Assembly: GCA_002311345.1 (NCBI GenBank)
Contig: DCAA01000006.1
Span: 14,532 to 78,531 of the forward strand
Direction of reading: 5' to 3'
Origin: Planctomycetes bacterium UBA1146
GTDB taxonomy: Bacteria > Planctomycetota > UBA8108 > UBA1146
DNA: 64,000 nt
Shown: one piece after another, positions 36,926 to 47,665 of the stretch
How the letters are laid out: every line of letters starts with the position of its first letter
How positions within the stretch are numbered: the stretch's first letter is position 1
Program-made: the position numbers and the translations under genes
The notes under the pieces: model-generated
Seen by the model: only the letters and a program-made list of their open reading frames with translations
Database searches by the model: none
What the model was told of the DNA's origin: nothing

Positions 36926-37840
36926 TCAACCAGTGGTGGCGGAAGAGCGGCTGCCGATGGAGCCCAGAAGGGCCGCTGCTGCGTCTGCAACACAGCGCAA
37001 GTAGGTCAGTGGGGGCATTCCAGGAATCTCGGCGTGATCGGCATCGATCACGAAGAGGCCTTCTAGTCGCCCCAGCCAGAAGAGAGGAAGAACCACTGCT
37101 GCCTCCTTCTCGGGCAACAGATCGGGAAAATCTGCCTCTCGCCATCGTTCTCCTGGATCGGTGAATCGACCCACTGGCAAGGAAAAATGTTCGGCCGGAA
37201 GTTGTGTCGAGCTGGAAGAACATGGGATCAGCAGCTGATCCTTGCGCACGAATAGAAGTGCACGGCAGCCGGTCGGAATGGTAGAGAAGATCAGATCCTG
37301 CAGTTGATCCTCCGTGGCGGATGCGATCTTTCGAAGCAATTGATCGACCGGGAATCCAGCTTCGGTGGCGCGGCGTTCTCTTTGTTGAGCCTCCAACCGG
37401 TGCAGGGTTAGTTGCAATTCTCTCTGCAGGTCTCGGTTTGTCTGGCGCAACTTCCGCCGTTCGGCTGCGCGAAGAAGCACTTCGAGGAGATCCTTCTGCA
37501 GGTCCACGATCGGCTTTTCGATGTAGGAGTAGGCTCCCAGCCTCATTGCGGCCAGCGCACTCTCGAGCGTTGCCGCTCCAGTTGCCATCACAACCTCGAC
37601 TTCGGGTGCGATCTTCTTGAACTCCCGCAACACGTCGAGTCCGTCGATCCGGGGCATCCTCAGATCTACCAGTGCAACATCGGGTTCGCGTTGGTGCAGC
37701 ATCGCCAGCCCCTCCTCGCCACCGCTTGCCGACCTGACTTGAATTCCTTCCGATTCGAGAAATAGTTGCACGCTTTCTCTGACGAAGGGGTCGTCATCGA
37801 TGATGAGGATTTCCAGTTCTGTGGCCGAGCCTGGGTTCAT
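36926..37840 (-). CDS. Response regulator: REC, coiled coil and GAF-like C-terminus, with no DNA-binding or enzymatic output
   Basis: ILIIDDD, ALVDLRMPRIDG (phospho-Asp), MATG, YIEKP. C-terminal AVVLPLFWLGRLEGLFVID...LRCVADAAAALL is a GAF pattern. ATG 37840 overlaps the kinase stop. Confidence 0.85.
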   Translation of the reverse strand: MNPGSATELEILIIDDDPFVRESVQLFLESEGIQVRSASGGEEGLAMLHQREPDVALVDLRMPRIDGLDVLREFKKIAPEVEVVMATGAATLESALAAMRLGAYSYIEKPIVDLQKDLLEVLLRAAERRKLRQTNRDLQRELQLTLHRLEAQQRERRATEAGFPVDQLLRKIASATEDQLQDLIFSTIPTGCRALLFVRKDQLLIPCSSSSTQLPAEHFSLPVGRFTDPGERWREADFPDLLPEKEAAVVLPLFWLGRLEGLFVIDADHAEIPGMPPLTYLRCVADAAAALLGSIGSRSSATTG

Positions 37841-39504
37841 CGGGATTGTCCCTGCCACATCGAAGAGACATCGAGTGGATCGAGTTCCTCGCTGCCGAGT
37901 CGAGCCATGGAGTCGGGCAGTCTTAGGCGGAAGGTCGTTCCGCTCCCGGGGGAGGTGGTCAGTTCGATTTCTCCACCGGCACCATCGATAATCCTTTGTA
38001 CGACGAAGAGCCCGAGTCCACTGCCCCTGTCGGCGTCCTTGGTGGTGTATAGCGGTTCGAAGGCGCGTTGGGCGACCTCTGGATCCATCCCGGGACCATC
38101 GTCGATGACTTCCAGTTCGATTCCGCCATCGGGATTTTTTTTGCTCCGGATGGTTAATTTCGATCCGGTTCCAGACTCACGGACTGCATCTGCGGAATTG
38201 AGGATCAGGTTCATGATCACCTGTTGTAGTGCCGTGGCATCTCCCGACAGATGGAGCCCTTCTTCGATCTCGAGTACCGTCTCGAGACCAGCATCTCTGA
38301 GACGTGCTTCACAGATCGCCAGCGTTCTCTCGATGGCATCGGAGACGCAGAAAGGCGCCTCTCCACCGGGATGGAAGGGACGAGTCCGTGCAAACGCGAG
38401 CAGGTTTCTGCACAGTGCGCGGCAGAAATCTGCGGCATCATGAGCGCGCTTCAACATATCCTTGGTGCGGGATCCTTGCTCTTCTTTATCGATTTCTCGC
38501 TGAGCCAGTTGTAGGAATCCGATCACTGATGCGAGTGGATTGTTCAGATCATGGGCGAAGCCACTGGCGAGCCTTCCGATGGCAACCATCTTCTCCTGGC
38601 GCGACAGTTGTTCGCGGCTGGCGAGCAGTTCTTCATGTGCACTGCGCAGTTCCTCGAAGAGCCGAGTATTCTGGAGATCGACCGCCAGTTGTGCAGTTAC
38701 CGCGGCGACCCAGTTCAGTTCCTCGACCTGGAACGGCTCGGTTCCGAAGCCTCTTTCCAGATAGAGGACCGTGGCGTTCTCTCCTCGGCCGGCCAGCGGA
38801 AGCGCCAGTGCCGAGATCGCCTGTTTTCGACGCAAGCATACGCTTGCTTCGAAAGATTCTCCGACCTGAGAAGAGATGAGTCCCTCACGGCGTCGTCTCG
38901 CTGCGTCGATGAGGGTGCGACTGGGGTCGAGGTCTTCCAGATCGATCATCTCATTGTCGCGTTGACCCACGGCATGGGGACCTGTTTCGTCATCCCAGCG
39001 GATCCAACCCCAGGCCTCGAAGTGAACCCCTGTCCCGATCACGGCAACCACCTGACTCACCAGTTCTTCTGCTGGCAAGTCCGACTGGGCGAGCATGCCC
39101 ACCTCGAACAGAGCTTCCTGAAGGCTCTTCTTGACCTGGGTTGGGGGCGCATTCTCCCGAAGTCGTTTTTGCAGGCTCTCCGGATCGATCTTCAACGAAA
39201 AAGTACTGAGATGCTCCTGCACCGCGTGGACTGCGATACGACAGTCGCCGATACCGATCACATCTCCGGGTTCGAGGATGGTCCGGTCGACGATCTCGTC
39301 ATTGAGAAGGGTCCCGTTGCGGCTGCCACCGTCACGTAGCAACCAGGAATCATCTCCGAGAGGGATCACTTCGGCGTGATGACGAGAAGCTCGTGTGTCA
39401 TCAACGATGAGGTCATTGGTCGGATCACGACCGATACGAACCGGATCGTTTCCGAGTACGAAGCGTTGCCCACGACCTGGTCCCTCGACGATGATGAGGT
39501 GCAC
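37837..39504 (-). CDS. Cytoplasmic FHA-GAF sensor histidine kinase
   Basis: Probable GTG start at 39504 (AAGGA upstream). FHA IGRDPTND...ASRHHA...SRNGT; GAF; H-box FAHDLNNPL; N-box NLILNSADA; DDGPGM; FEPLYTTK; GSGLGL. Confidence 0.9.
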   Translation of the reverse strand: MHLIIVEGPGRGQRFVLGNDPVRIGRDPTNDLIVDDTRASRHHAEVIPLGDDSWLLRDGGSRNGTLLNDEIVDRTILEPGDVIGIGDCRIAVHAVQEHLSTFSLKIDPESLQKRLRENAPPTQVKKSLQEALFEVGMLAQSDLPAEELVSQVVAVIGTGVHFEAWGWIRWDDETGPHAVGQRDNEMIDLEDLDPSRTLIDAARRRREGLISSQVGESFEASVCLRRKQAISALALPLAGRGENATVLYLERGFGTEPFQVEELNWVAAVTAQLAVDLQNTRLFEELRSAHEELLASREQLSRQEKMVAIGRLASGFAHDLNNPLASVIGFLQLAQREIDKEEQGSRTKDMLKRAHDAADFCRALCRNLLAFARTRPFHPGGEAPFCVSDAIERTLAICEARLRDAGLETVLEIEEGLHLSGDATALQQVIMNLILNSADAVRESGTGSKLTIRSKKNPDGGIELEVIDDGPGMDPEVAQRAFEPLYTTKDADRGSGLGLFVVQRIIDGAGGEIELTTSPGSGTTFRLRLPDSMARLGSEELDPLDVSSMWQGQSR

Positions 39505-39637
39505 TTGAATCCTTCCGGGACCTCTCTGGAGAGACAGAGGGGTTCCGAGAAGATTACGATGATGCCTCAGATGGAGCCGACGGGGCCGCAGGAAGTGGCT
39601 CAAACGGCGCTTCTCGACGATACCGCGAATTTTCGAG

Positions 39638-40597
39638 TTACTGCAGGACCGACTTCAATTGCGCCTGAAGACGAGGGATCACCTCGAACAGGTCTCCGAC
39701 CACCCCGTAGGTAGCCACTTTGAAGATGGGTGCGTTCGGATCCTTGTTGATGGCGACGATCGTTCTCGAGGAGGACATCCCGGCCAGATGCTGGATTGCA
39801 CCCGAGATGCCCACAGCGATGTAGAGTTTGGGACTGACCGTTTTGCCCGTCTGGCCAACTTGATCAGAATGAGGACGCCAGCCCGCATCGACGACTGCTC
39901 GTGAAGCTCCGACCGCCGCCTGGAGCAACTCGGCGAGTTCCTCGAGCAGGACGAAGTTGGCGGGATCCTTGAGACCTCTTCCTCCTGAGACGATGATCTC
40001 TGCTTCAGCCAGGTCTATCTTTCCGACAGTTCCTCGTTTGAAACCTGTGCGTCGAACGGATGACCCGGTGGTGGCAGCCTGTTCGATCACGGTTGCGGCT
40101 TCTCGCTCGAGTCGCTCTCCGTAGTTGGGACGAATTGAAACCAGGGCTGGAAACTGACAAATCTTCTGCTGCATCAACGCCTTACCGGCATAGATGGGAC
40201 GCTCGATCTCGATGACGTCTTCTCGCCTGGTGATGGAGGTGCAATCTGCGGCCACCGAGGTACCCAGGGTTCCGGCGGTCAGAGCGATGACTTCCTTGCC
40301 CGTCGAGGTTGCGGCGCAGATGACCATGTCTGCCGATTCCTCGCGGAAGATGGCAACCAGTTCATCGGCGATGCCATCGGCGATTGCATCGTTGAGGGAC
40401 TCTCCATCTCGGATGATGATTCGATGGGCACCTGCAGTGCTTGCCGAGTGCGCCGCTTTGGCACCGGAGGGTCCGCAGATGACCCCGATAACCTCGCCAG
40501 ATCCGGACTCGGCGAGATTCCTTGCGCTCCCGAGTGCCTCGAGGCTAGGAGCCTTGATCTGACCGTTTCGTGCTTCTATCCACACGATGATCTTCAT
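39638..40597 (-). CDS. etfA: Electron transfer flavoprotein alpha subunit
   Basis: [66 protein letters not shown]. Confidence 0.97.
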   Translation of the reverse strand: MKIIVWIEARNGQIKAPSLEALGSARNLAESGSGEVIGVICGPSGAKAAHSASTAGAHRIIIRDGESLNDAIADGIADELVAIFREESADMVICAATSTGKEVIALTAGTLGTSVAADCTSITRREDVIEIERPIYAGKALMQQKICQFPALVSIRPNYGERLEREAATVIEQAATTGSSVRRTGFKRGTVGKIDLAEAEIIVSGGRGLKDPANFVLLEELAELLQAAVGASRAVVDAGWRPHSDQVGQTGKTVSPKLYIAVGISGAIQHLAGMSSSRTIVAINKDPNAPIFKVATYGVVGDLFEVIPRLQAQLKSVLQ

Positions 40598-40618
40598 GCG
40601 CTTCCTTCCGGATTCACC

Positions 40619-41368
40619 CTAGATGACCTTGGCTTCTTCGCGCAGTAGGCGGATCAATTCGTCCACGGCTTCGGGACCCTCCCCGACGATCCGGCCTTCG
40701 GGTCTCGGCGCAGGAGTAGTGACCGCTACCGTTTCGAAAGAGGGCTCGCCGGTTTGTGGTGTGACTTTCTCTATCGGTTTCTTCTTTGCCTGCATGATGT
40801 CCTTGAGTTTCGGATAGCGAGGTTCGTTGAGGCTCTTTTCAGCTCCGACGATGATCGGCAATGGCCCTTCGATGGTTTCACGTCCACCCTCGATATCTCT
40901 TTCGATGCGAACTTGTTGCTCTGAGACCTCGATTGCGGCGATATCGTTGACGAAGGGCCGACCCAGAAGTCTTGCCACCAGTGCTCCCACCTGAGCACCC
41001 TGAGAATCTACCGCCTGTTTTCCGAACAGAACTATGTCGTCGGCTCTATCTGCGAGAATCGCCACCAGAGAGCGTGCGGTCTGGATCGGATCGAGTGGTT
41101 CGTCGCAGACCGCCAGAATTCCATCGTCAACACCCATGCCAAGAGCCTGGCGTAGTTCCTTACTGGCCCCTTCAGGCCCGACGGTGATCGCCGTGACAGT
41201 ACCTTCTCCCGCGCGTTCGCGAATACGTAAGCCCTCTTCGATGGCGTACTCGTCGTATGGGCTGATCACCCACTGGACCTCTGATGTATCGACAGATTTC
41301 CCATCGGCAGCAAAGGTCAGTCGGGTCGCGGTATCCGGTACCCTTTTCATGCAAACGGCGATCTTCAT
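40619..41368 (-). CDS. etfB: Electron transfer flavoprotein beta subunit
   Basis: Start ATG 41368 after GAGGAGG. MKIAVCMKRVPD, PYDEYAIEEGLR, FGKQAVD, LNEPRYP, AKKKPI. Confidence 0.96.
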   Translation of the reverse strand: MKIAVCMKRVPDTATRLTFAADGKSVDTSEVQWVISPYDEYAIEEGLRIRERAGEGTVTAITVGPEGASKELRQALGMGVDDGILAVCDEPLDPIQTARSLVAILADRADDIVLFGKQAVDSQGAQVGALVARLLGRPFVNDIAAIEVSEQQVRIERDIEGGRETIEGPLPIIVGAEKSLNEPRYPKLKDIMQAKKKPIEKVTPQTGEPSFETVAVTTPAPRPEGRIVGEGPEAVDELIRLLREEAKVI

Positions 41369-41426
41369 CGTCGGAGTCCTCCTCGCCAGCAGTGGCTGGC
41401 ATGCTGGAACAGGTTCCTGAGTTTCA

Positions 41427-42521
41427 TCAACCAGGGAGAGTGTCTCTCTGGCAAGCAGTTCCATCCAGCGAGTCGGTGAAGATCCGTGTGGAGATTGGAT
41501 CAGAGATTCGCTGGTGGAGGCCCCGGGGGTCAAAATTCATCGCCTCGATGATGCGTGCAAGATCCCCAGTGGGGTTGCATCGCAACCTTTGTGGAAGATT
41601 CCAGATCGGATGGGGGAATCGTAACTGAAAGCTGTGCAGAAAAGCTCTCCGAGGGTGAGGGATGCCGGCTGGAAGGACACCGCCGCGGTCTCTTAGCGAT
41701 TGTTCCGTCTGACCGTAACCATGATCTCCAAGAATCGGGAAGCCTGCGACCTGCAAGTGGACCCGGATCTGATTCTGCCTTCCGGTGATAGGACGACAGT
41801 GAAGGATGGAAATCCCATCCCGGCTGCCGAGCAACCGGAACAAGGTCCGGGAGGGTTTCCCTTGCTCATCATCGGCTCGTGCGAGTCGGTGGTCGGTGTC
41901 TCTACTCCGGTCGAGATGGGCAGCGATTCCCGCATCGATTTCAAAGTGATCGTGATCAGGAATCCCTTCGACGATGGCGATATAAGATTTCTGCACCCGA
42001 TTTTCCTCGAAGGAATCCTGGAGTTGTCGGCGCGCTCGTAGGGTCTTCGCCAGCAGTAGTAGCCCCGAGGTGTCGCGATCAAGACGGTGGCAGAGCATCG
42101 GTGTGATCTTTTGAATGCTGCAGTCGTTCAACTTTCTCCAGTGGCGGTGCAGTCCATCCACCACCGTACCAACATGTGTTCGCCCGACTGGATGAACGAG
42201 CATTCCGGCAGGTTTGTCGACTGCAACGATCCAGGGATCTTCGATGATGACGGGTAATTTCGGCGGCATCTCGTCATCTTCGACCCCGGAATCGAGCAGC
42301 ACCTCGATCTCATCGCCGCTTGCGACTTTTGCAGAGGGCTTGACGAGATCACCGTTGAGAAGAACTCGTTGCTGCGCGATCAACTTCTGGATCTTGCTGC
42401 GGGAACTCCAGCCGAGCCGCTGCTGTAGCCACAGATCGAGACGGATCCTCTGGTGCTGTCGAACCTCGAAGGAGGCGGATCCGGCTGGCCTGGACAGATC
42501 TCGTCCTGGAGTGAGCACCAT
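41427..42521 (-). CDS. rluD: RluA-family 23S rRNA pseudouridine synthase with S4 domain (RluD-like)
   Basis: S4 domain RLDLWLQQ...SRSKIQKLI; VDKPAGMLVHP; catalytic HRLDRDTSG; TGRQNQIRVHL; GDHGYG. Confidence 0.85.
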   Translation of the reverse strand: MVLTPGRDLSRPAGSASFEVRQHQRIRLDLWLQQRLGWSSRSKIQKLIAQQRVLLNGDLVKPSAKVASGDEIEVLLDSGVEDDEMPPKLPVIIEDPWIVAVDKPAGMLVHPVGRTHVGTVVDGLHRHWRKLNDCSIQKITPMLCHRLDRDTSGLLLLAKTLRARRQLQDSFEENRVQKSYIAIVEGIPDHDHFEIDAGIAAHLDRSRDTDHRLARADDEQGKPSRTLFRLLGSRDGISILHCRPITGRQNQIRVHLQVAGFPILGDHGYGQTEQSLRDRGGVLPAGIPHPRRAFLHSFQLRFPHPIWNLPQRLRCNPTGDLARIIEAMNFDPRGLHQRISDPISTRIFTDSLDGTACQRDTLPG

Positions 42522-42670
42522 GATCTACCCTTCTCGCACCGTTTCCATCCAGGATGCCGTCTGAAACACCATGGCTCGGATGGGCACCTGCAGTATCGAG
42601 GAACCTCTAAGGAGTGTCGCCCGGCCATTCTAGAGCAAGAGAGCGCCTCCATCTGCGAATTCGGGCTCCC

Positions 42671-42699
42671 TTGACCCCCCGTGGACTGCTCCCTAACAT
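42671..42699 (+). promoter_or_regulatory. Putative sigma70 promoter of accBC
   Basis: TTGACC, 17-nt spacer, TAACAT. Confidence 0.55.
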
Positions 42700-42770
42700 C
42701 CGCTATCGGGGCAAGGTGCCCCTTCTCAGAGTCCGGATCCCCTCGGGGAAGGACTCCCAGTTGTGACCGG

Positions 42771-43241
42771 ATGGATCCCGTGGAAACTGCTCGCCTCAAG
42801 GAACTGATCGAACTGATGGACCGCAACCAGCTCGAGGAGCTGGAAGTGGTCGAGGGGGATACCCGCATCCGTCTGCGTAAGAAGCCGGAGCGCTCCGCGG
42901 AAGTGGTATCGATGACCACGATCCCGGCGATGTCGGTTCCCGGCGCCGTTCCCGTCGATGCAGCTGCCTCTGCGGGTAAGTCCGATCCGGAGCCGGTGCT
43001 GGATGAATCCAATATGGTACGGTCCCCGATGGTAGGTACTTTTTATCGGTCCCCTGGTCCCGGAGTCGAGGCGTTCGTCGAGACCGGAGATCAAGTCGAG
43101 GAAGGACAGGTCCTCTGTATCGTCGAGGCGATGAAGGTGATGAACGAGGTGAAAGCAGATCGTTCAGGAACCATCGCTTCTGTTCTCATCGATGACGGTA
43201 GTCCTGTGGAGTTCGGTCAACTTCTCTTCAGTTTCTCTTGA
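42771..43241 (+). CDS. accB: Acetyl-CoA carboxylase biotin carboxyl carrier protein
   Basis: [13 protein letters not shown] and the biotinylation motif EAMKVMNE. Start at ATG 42771 or the GTG just downstream. Confidence 0.96.
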   Translation: MDPVETARLKELIELMDRNQLEELEVVEGDTRIRLRKKPERSAEVVSMTTIPAMSVPGAVPVDAAASAGKSDPEPVLDESNMVRSPMVGTFYRSPGPGVEAFVETGDQVEEGQVLCIVEAMKVMNEVKADRSGTIASVLIDDGSPVEFGQLLFSFS

Positions 43242-43257
43242 GGAGCGAGTCAATTCG

Positions 43258-44610
43258 ATGAAACCATTTTCTCGAATACTGGTAGCCAACCGGGGAGAAA
43301 TCGCTCTACGGGTGATCCGTGCCTGTCGTGAACTGGACATCGAGACGGTCGCGGTCTACTCGGAGGCGGATCGAGATGCCGGTTACCTTGATTTCGCCGA
43401 TGAGAAGATCTGCATCGGCCCCGCTTCGAGCCTCCATTCTTATCTCGATATCTCCAAGATCATCGCGGCTGCAGAGATTTCCGATGTCGAGGCGATTCAT
43501 CCTGGTTACGGTTTCTTGTCGGAGAACCCACAATTTGCGGAAATCTGCCAGTCCTGTCGTATCCAGTTCATCGGTCCGACTGTGGATAACATCCGACAAC
43601 TCGGTGACAAGGCTCGCGCCAGAGAAGTCGCCATCCAGTCGGGGATACCGGTTGTTCCAGGCTCTACCGAAGTAGCTCCCGATGAAGAATCGGGGCTAGA
43701 GGTTGCCAAAGAGGTGGGATTCCCGGTGATGATCAAGGCGGTGGCTGGCGGAGGTGGTCGTGGAATGCGGATCGCCAGGGACGAGTCCTCGTTTTCTCAA
43801 GCATTCCATGGTGCTAGAACTGAGGCCCAGAACGCATTCAAGAATCCCGATGTCTACATCGAGAAGTTGATCGAAAAACCGCGTCATGTAGAGATCCAGG
43901 TGCTGGCAGATTCCTACGGTAGCGTGATTCATCTTGGAGAGCGTGACTGCTCCCTCCAGAGACGCCATCAGAAATTGATCGAGGAGAGTCCTTCTCCCGC
44001 TGTCGATGACCGATTACGAGTTCAGATGGGCCAGAGTGCTATCGATCTTGCAACCAGTGTCGGGTATCGAGGAGCAGGTACGGTCGAGTTCCTGCTCGAT
44101 CTGGATCTGAACTACTACTTCATCGAGATGAACACCCGAATTCAGGTCGAGCATCCGGTGACGGAACAGGTGACAGGGATCGATCTCGTTCAGGAACAGA
44201 TCAGGGTTGCCGCGGGAGCCCCACTTCGCTACCGCCAGGAAGATGTGAGGATCAATGGACATTGTATCGAGTGCCGTATCAACGCCGAAGATCCCGAAAG
44301 AGATTTCGCACCATCCCCGGGTACGATCACCGATTTCAGGCCACCCGGTGGGATGGGCGTACGATTCGATTCGCATGTTTACTGCGGGTACACCGTTCCG
44401 ACAGCCTATGACTCTCTGCTGGGAAAATTGATCGTGCATCGAGACACGCGCGAGGAAGCAATTCGTACGATGAGACGTGCGCTCGATGAGTTCGTGATCG
44501 AGGGCGTCCACACCACCGTTCCCTTTTACCGTGAGGTGCTCAGGCACTTCCATTTCGTGAATGGAAATCTGGATACCGGGTTCATCGAGGAATACCTGAT
44601 CGACGCCTGA
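43258..44610 (+). CDS. accC: Acetyl-CoA carboxylase biotin carboxylase subunit
   Basis: [68 protein letters not shown]. Confidence 0.97.
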   Translation: MKPFSRILVANRGEIALRVIRACRELDIETVAVYSEADRDAGYLDFADEKICIGPASSLHSYLDISKIIAAAEISDVEAIHPGYGFLSENPQFAEICQSCRIQFIGPTVDNIRQLGDKARAREVAIQSGIPVVPGSTEVAPDEESGLEVAKEVGFPVMIKAVAGGGGRGMRIARDESSFSQAFHGARTEAQNAFKNPDVYIEKLIEKPRHVEIQVLADSYGSVIHLGERDCSLQRRHQKLIEESPSPAVDDRLRVQMGQSAIDLATSVGYRGAGTVEFLLDLDLNYYFIEMNTRIQVEHPVTEQVTGIDLVQEQIRVAAGAPLRYRQEDVRINGHCIECRINAEDPERDFAPSPGTITDFRPPGGMGVRFDSHVYCGYTVPTAYDSLLGKLIVHRDTREEAIRTMRRALDEFVIEGVHTTVPFYREVLRHFHFVNGNLDTGFIEEYLIDA

Positions 44611-44669
44611 TGCGGTTGGCCACGAGGGATCGAACCCTGTGGATCCCGCTGCAACCCCTGCCGTGGGGC

Positions 44670-44697
44670 TTGCCTCTGACCACTCTACGGTCACAAT
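44670..44697 (+). promoter_or_regulatory. Possible promoter of the pseudopilin cluster
   Basis: TTGCCT, 16-nt spacer, CACAAT. Confidence 0.3.
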
Positions 44698-44792
44698 GAA
44701 GGTCTGTACGGCCAGTGCCGCAGCAGACCTCTCCGTTACCCGGTCCGTCCCAGACCAGGGGGAGGGGAATTTTCCTCGGAAGGGAATGCCGG

Positions 44793-45452
44793 ATGTTCTC
44801 CAGTCATCACTGCGTTACCGATGGGGGTCGCCCCACGGTCGTCAGGTCGAACACCACTCGTTCGGCCGGTTTTACTCTCATCGAACTGATGATCGTCGTT
44901 GCCATCATCGCAGTCCTTGCGACCCTGGTTACCAAGATGATCCAGCAGGCACAGGCGAAAGCTGCCGAAGCGGGTGCAACTACAACCATCTCGACCATCT
45001 CCTCGGCTCTGGAGGAATATAACCGTGATGAAGGTGTTTACCCCGGCTGGGAACTCAATGTGGATGATGTAGACCTGGAAGAGTTCAACGCCTTTCCGGT
45101 GCTCTATGAATCGATCGTCGGGGAACGACCTCCCAACGGCAAGGGTGGGAAGAACTCTCCCTATGTAGATCTGAGTACGGAAATGATCGTCATCGTGGAT
45201 GACGAATACGATGGCGAATACAAGCGACCCGGACGTGATGATATGTTCGATCCGGAAGTGGAAAAGTTCTATTGGGATCCCTGGAGTGAACCGTATCGCT
45301 ATCGGGAGAATAGTTCCAAGCGGAGAAAAGAGGACTGGATGATCAAGCGTTCGACCTTTGATCTCTGGTCTACCGGTCCTGATGGAGAGAACTCGGCCTG
45401 TTTCGGAATCCCCGAGGAAGGGGAAGAGTACGATGACATCGGTAACTGGTAA
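44793..45452 (+). CDS. gspG: GspG-like major pseudopilin (type II secretion / type IV filament)
   Basis: Class III signal AG|FTLIELMIVVAIIAVLA; C-terminal DPWSEPYRY...FDLWSTGPDG...DDIGNW. Start uncertain. Confidence 0.85.
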   Translation: MFSSHHCVTDGGRPTVVRSNTTRSAGFTLIELMIVVAIIAVLATLVTKMIQQAQAKAAEAGATTTISTISSALEEYNRDEGVYPGWELNVDDVDLEEFNAFPVLYESIVGERPPNGKGGKNSPYVDLSTEMIVIVDDEYDGEYKRPGRDDMFDPEVEKFYWDPWSEPYRYRENSSKRRKEDWMIKRSTFDLWSTGPDGENSACFGIPEEGEEYDDIGNW

Positions 45453-46176
45453 GTCCGAATACACTGATTGGCGACCAGGAGGCTGGGTGATCCAGCGGTC
45501 CAGGGCTAGTCAGGGATTCACCATGGTGGAACTGCTCGTGACCATAGCTCTCATCGTGTTCCTGATGTCGATGCTGGCGGTCGGTGCAGGACGGTATCTG
45601 GAGAGTGCAACGAATGCCCGGACGATGGCCCTGATCCAGCGGCTCAGTTTGCTCATCGAAAAGTACCATTCGATCACCGGAGACTATCCTTCTGATGGCC
45701 TCGATGGGATCGATGTCATCACCACGGACGGAACCTTTCTGTTCGGGGGGGCTGCTCTGACTCACGCCCTGACCCAGCCGCTGGTTCTGACCCAGAAGCA
45801 GCCCAACGGGGAGATTCGTGTCATCGGAGAGGAACCCGCCATCGGAGATTTCCGTTCCGATGAATTGTCTTCACCTTCTGATGGAGACCAAGATGCCCGG
45901 CAACTGCTCGATGCCTGGGCAGAGCCGATACATTACGACAATGTATCTGGTGGTGAGGTGTCCTTCAGTGGCCAGGGTCTGGGAGATACACATCTCGATT
46001 GGGACGATGATGAACAGGTGCATTCAGAAGATCCGCGTGAAGTGGGTGAAGGCACCGATGGGATCGGTCCACAGAACACCAATGGATTCGACATCTGGAG
46101 CCATGGTTCCTCTGGTCACAGCGAAGAAGAGAGTTACGACGACCTGAACACCAACTGGCAGGGCGGTCAGCAATGA
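45433..46176 (+). CDS. Second GspG-like pseudopilin
   Basis: QG|FTMVELLVTIALIVFL; LDAWAEPIHY...FDIWSHG...DDLNTNW. Acidic insertions. Confidence 0.82.
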   Translation: MTSVTGKSEYTDWRPGGWVIQRSRASQGFTMVELLVTIALIVFLMSMLAVGAGRYLESATNARTMALIQRLSLLIEKYHSITGDYPSDGLDGIDVITTDGTFLFGGAALTHALTQPLVLTQKQPNGEIRVIGEEPAIGDFRSDELSSPSDGDQDARQLLDAWAEPIHYDNVSGGEVSFSGQGLGDTHLDWDDDEQVHSEDPREVGEGTDGIGPQNTNGFDIWSHGSSGHSEEESYDDLNTNWQGGQQ

Positions 46177-46802
46177 TACCCCTACGCACTTCTAGACGTA
46201 TGTGGGCAGGTTTCACCCTGATTGAGATGATCGTGACCATCGGGATCATCATCGTTGCAGCAGGTTTCATCGCTCCGGCGGTGATGGCCATCTTTCAGGA
46301 TCGGCGCCTCGAAAATGCTGCAGCGACTATCATCACTACCATCAACGAGGCGAGAAGTGCTGCGGTCACCAAGAAACAACTACACTCGGTCATCTTCCTC
46401 CGGGCCGGAGTACGTCTCTATCGTCATCCCAAAGGAGAAGATCCCGGAGGATTCGTAGGTGGTATCCGTGCCATCAATGTTCCTGGTGCGGATCACCTCA
46501 GTTATGACATGCCTTGTGCCCGGTATCTCGCAGCTGACCTCGCTACACAATTGCAAAGCCAGATCGATGGAACCAATCAGGACGATTGGAGACCTTTGCC
46601 CGAGGATGTGTTCATCACCTTGCGGACCGATGGAACGATTGATTTCGGAACCAACGATGACATTCCCAGTTATCGCTTCAATAACGATCCACCTAGTGGA
46701 GGGGATCTGATTCTGCGACAGAAGGGGGATACCCGGGTCTGTTTCATCGATATCCGCCCAACCGGGCGGGTGGCGAGCAAGGTCGGGGAGGAATTCGAAT
46801 GA
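46173..46802 (+). CDS. Minor pseudopilin, GspH/FimT-like
   Basis: AG|FTLIEMIVTIGIII; LENAAATIITTINEARSAAV; C-terminal IDIRPTGRV. ATGA overlap. Confidence 0.82.
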   Translation: MIPLRTSRRMWAGFTLIEMIVTIGIIIVAAGFIAPAVMAIFQDRRLENAAATIITTINEARSAAVTKKQLHSVIFLRAGVRLYRHPKGEDPGGFVGGIRAINVPGADHLSYDMPCARYLAADLATQLQSQIDGTNQDDWRPLPEDVFITLRTDGTIDFGTNDDIPSYRFNNDPPSGGDLILRQKGDTRVCFIDIRPTGRVASKVGEEFE

Positions 46803-47665
46803 TCCGCCTACGCCACGAGAAGGGATTTACCATCCTGGAAATCCTGTTGGCGGTGGTAATCCTCACCGTCGGGCTGCTCGGACTTCTGGCGGTATTCCCG
46901 GTTGCCATGAGAGCAGGCAAGGACGCGGTCGAGAATACCAATGCAGTGATCATCTCCCAGTCAGTGGAGCAGGCGATCCGTGAGGGATTGATGGAGCATA
47001 AGGCTCAGAGCCCCGATGGTCGTTGGACCTACTTCATCTTCAATCATGACGGAGTGACTGATCCGCTTCCGGCGAGGATCGATCGGGCGCGACCCGATGC
47101 GGATTATTACATCCTGCTTCCGAGCCCAGATCCTGATCGAAAGACTTCCATGAAGCGAACCGAGTTCTGGGAGCGGGGGAAAACTTTCGTTTTTCCCGAG
47201 ACCGATGGGCTGACCTGGATCGTCAGTGACAGTGGAGTGGAGCGTGAAGTTACCGACGAATCATCGTCGAGTCCCCCGAATGGTCGAGGAAATCCGACTC
47301 GGGCCGATGACGATGCTGATGATTATTTACGCGAGATCAGAAGTCCTGATAGCGATCGAGTCCTCGACAGTTACGAAACCTACGATGTCCGCCGCGTCTA
47401 TCGATTGAGCAACAGATTTTTCGATCAAGAACTTGCGCAGGACTATAATCTAATCGATGACGATCCGATTTCTCAGTACTCATTCGCCTTCACCATCCGT
47501 CCAGCAAAACAGGATGGAAGTCTTGATCTGAAATATCCCGATGATCAGAATTTCATCCCATCTGGGGAGTTGTTCGAGATCGAAATTCTCATCTTCCGGT
47601 CCTTCAGGGAAGGAACAAAACTTGCGGATCCGTTCTACCAGTGCCAGATCCTCGTCCACAAATAG
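46799..47665 (+). CDS. Minor pseudopilin, GspI/PilV-like, with large insertion
   Basis: KG|FTILEILLAVVILTVGLLGLLAVF (PilV-type N-terminus). ATGA overlap. Confidence 0.82.
   Translation: MIRLRHEKGFTILEILLAVVILTVGLLGLLAVFPVAMRAGKDAVENTNAVIISQSVEQAIREGLMEHKAQSPDGRWTYFIFNHDGVTDPLPARIDRARPDADYYILLPSPDPDRKTSMKRTEFWERGKTFVFPETDGLTWIVSDSGVEREVTDESSSSPPNGRGNPTRADDDADDYLREIRSPDSDRVLDSYETYDVRRVYRLSNRFFDQELAQDYNLIDDDPISQYSFAFTIRPAKQDGSLDLKYPDDQNFIPSGELFEIEILIFRSFREGTKLADPFYQCQILVHK

Noticed and set aside
39516..39547. 13-bp hairpin between etfA and the histidine kinase
   Set aside because: It pairs well only on the non-coding (+) strand through G-U pairs and has no U-tract on the minus strand, so it is not called as a terminator.
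43581..43589. Perfect DnaA box TGTGGATAA
   Set aside because: A single copy inside accC coding sequence with no cluster, so it is not an origin.
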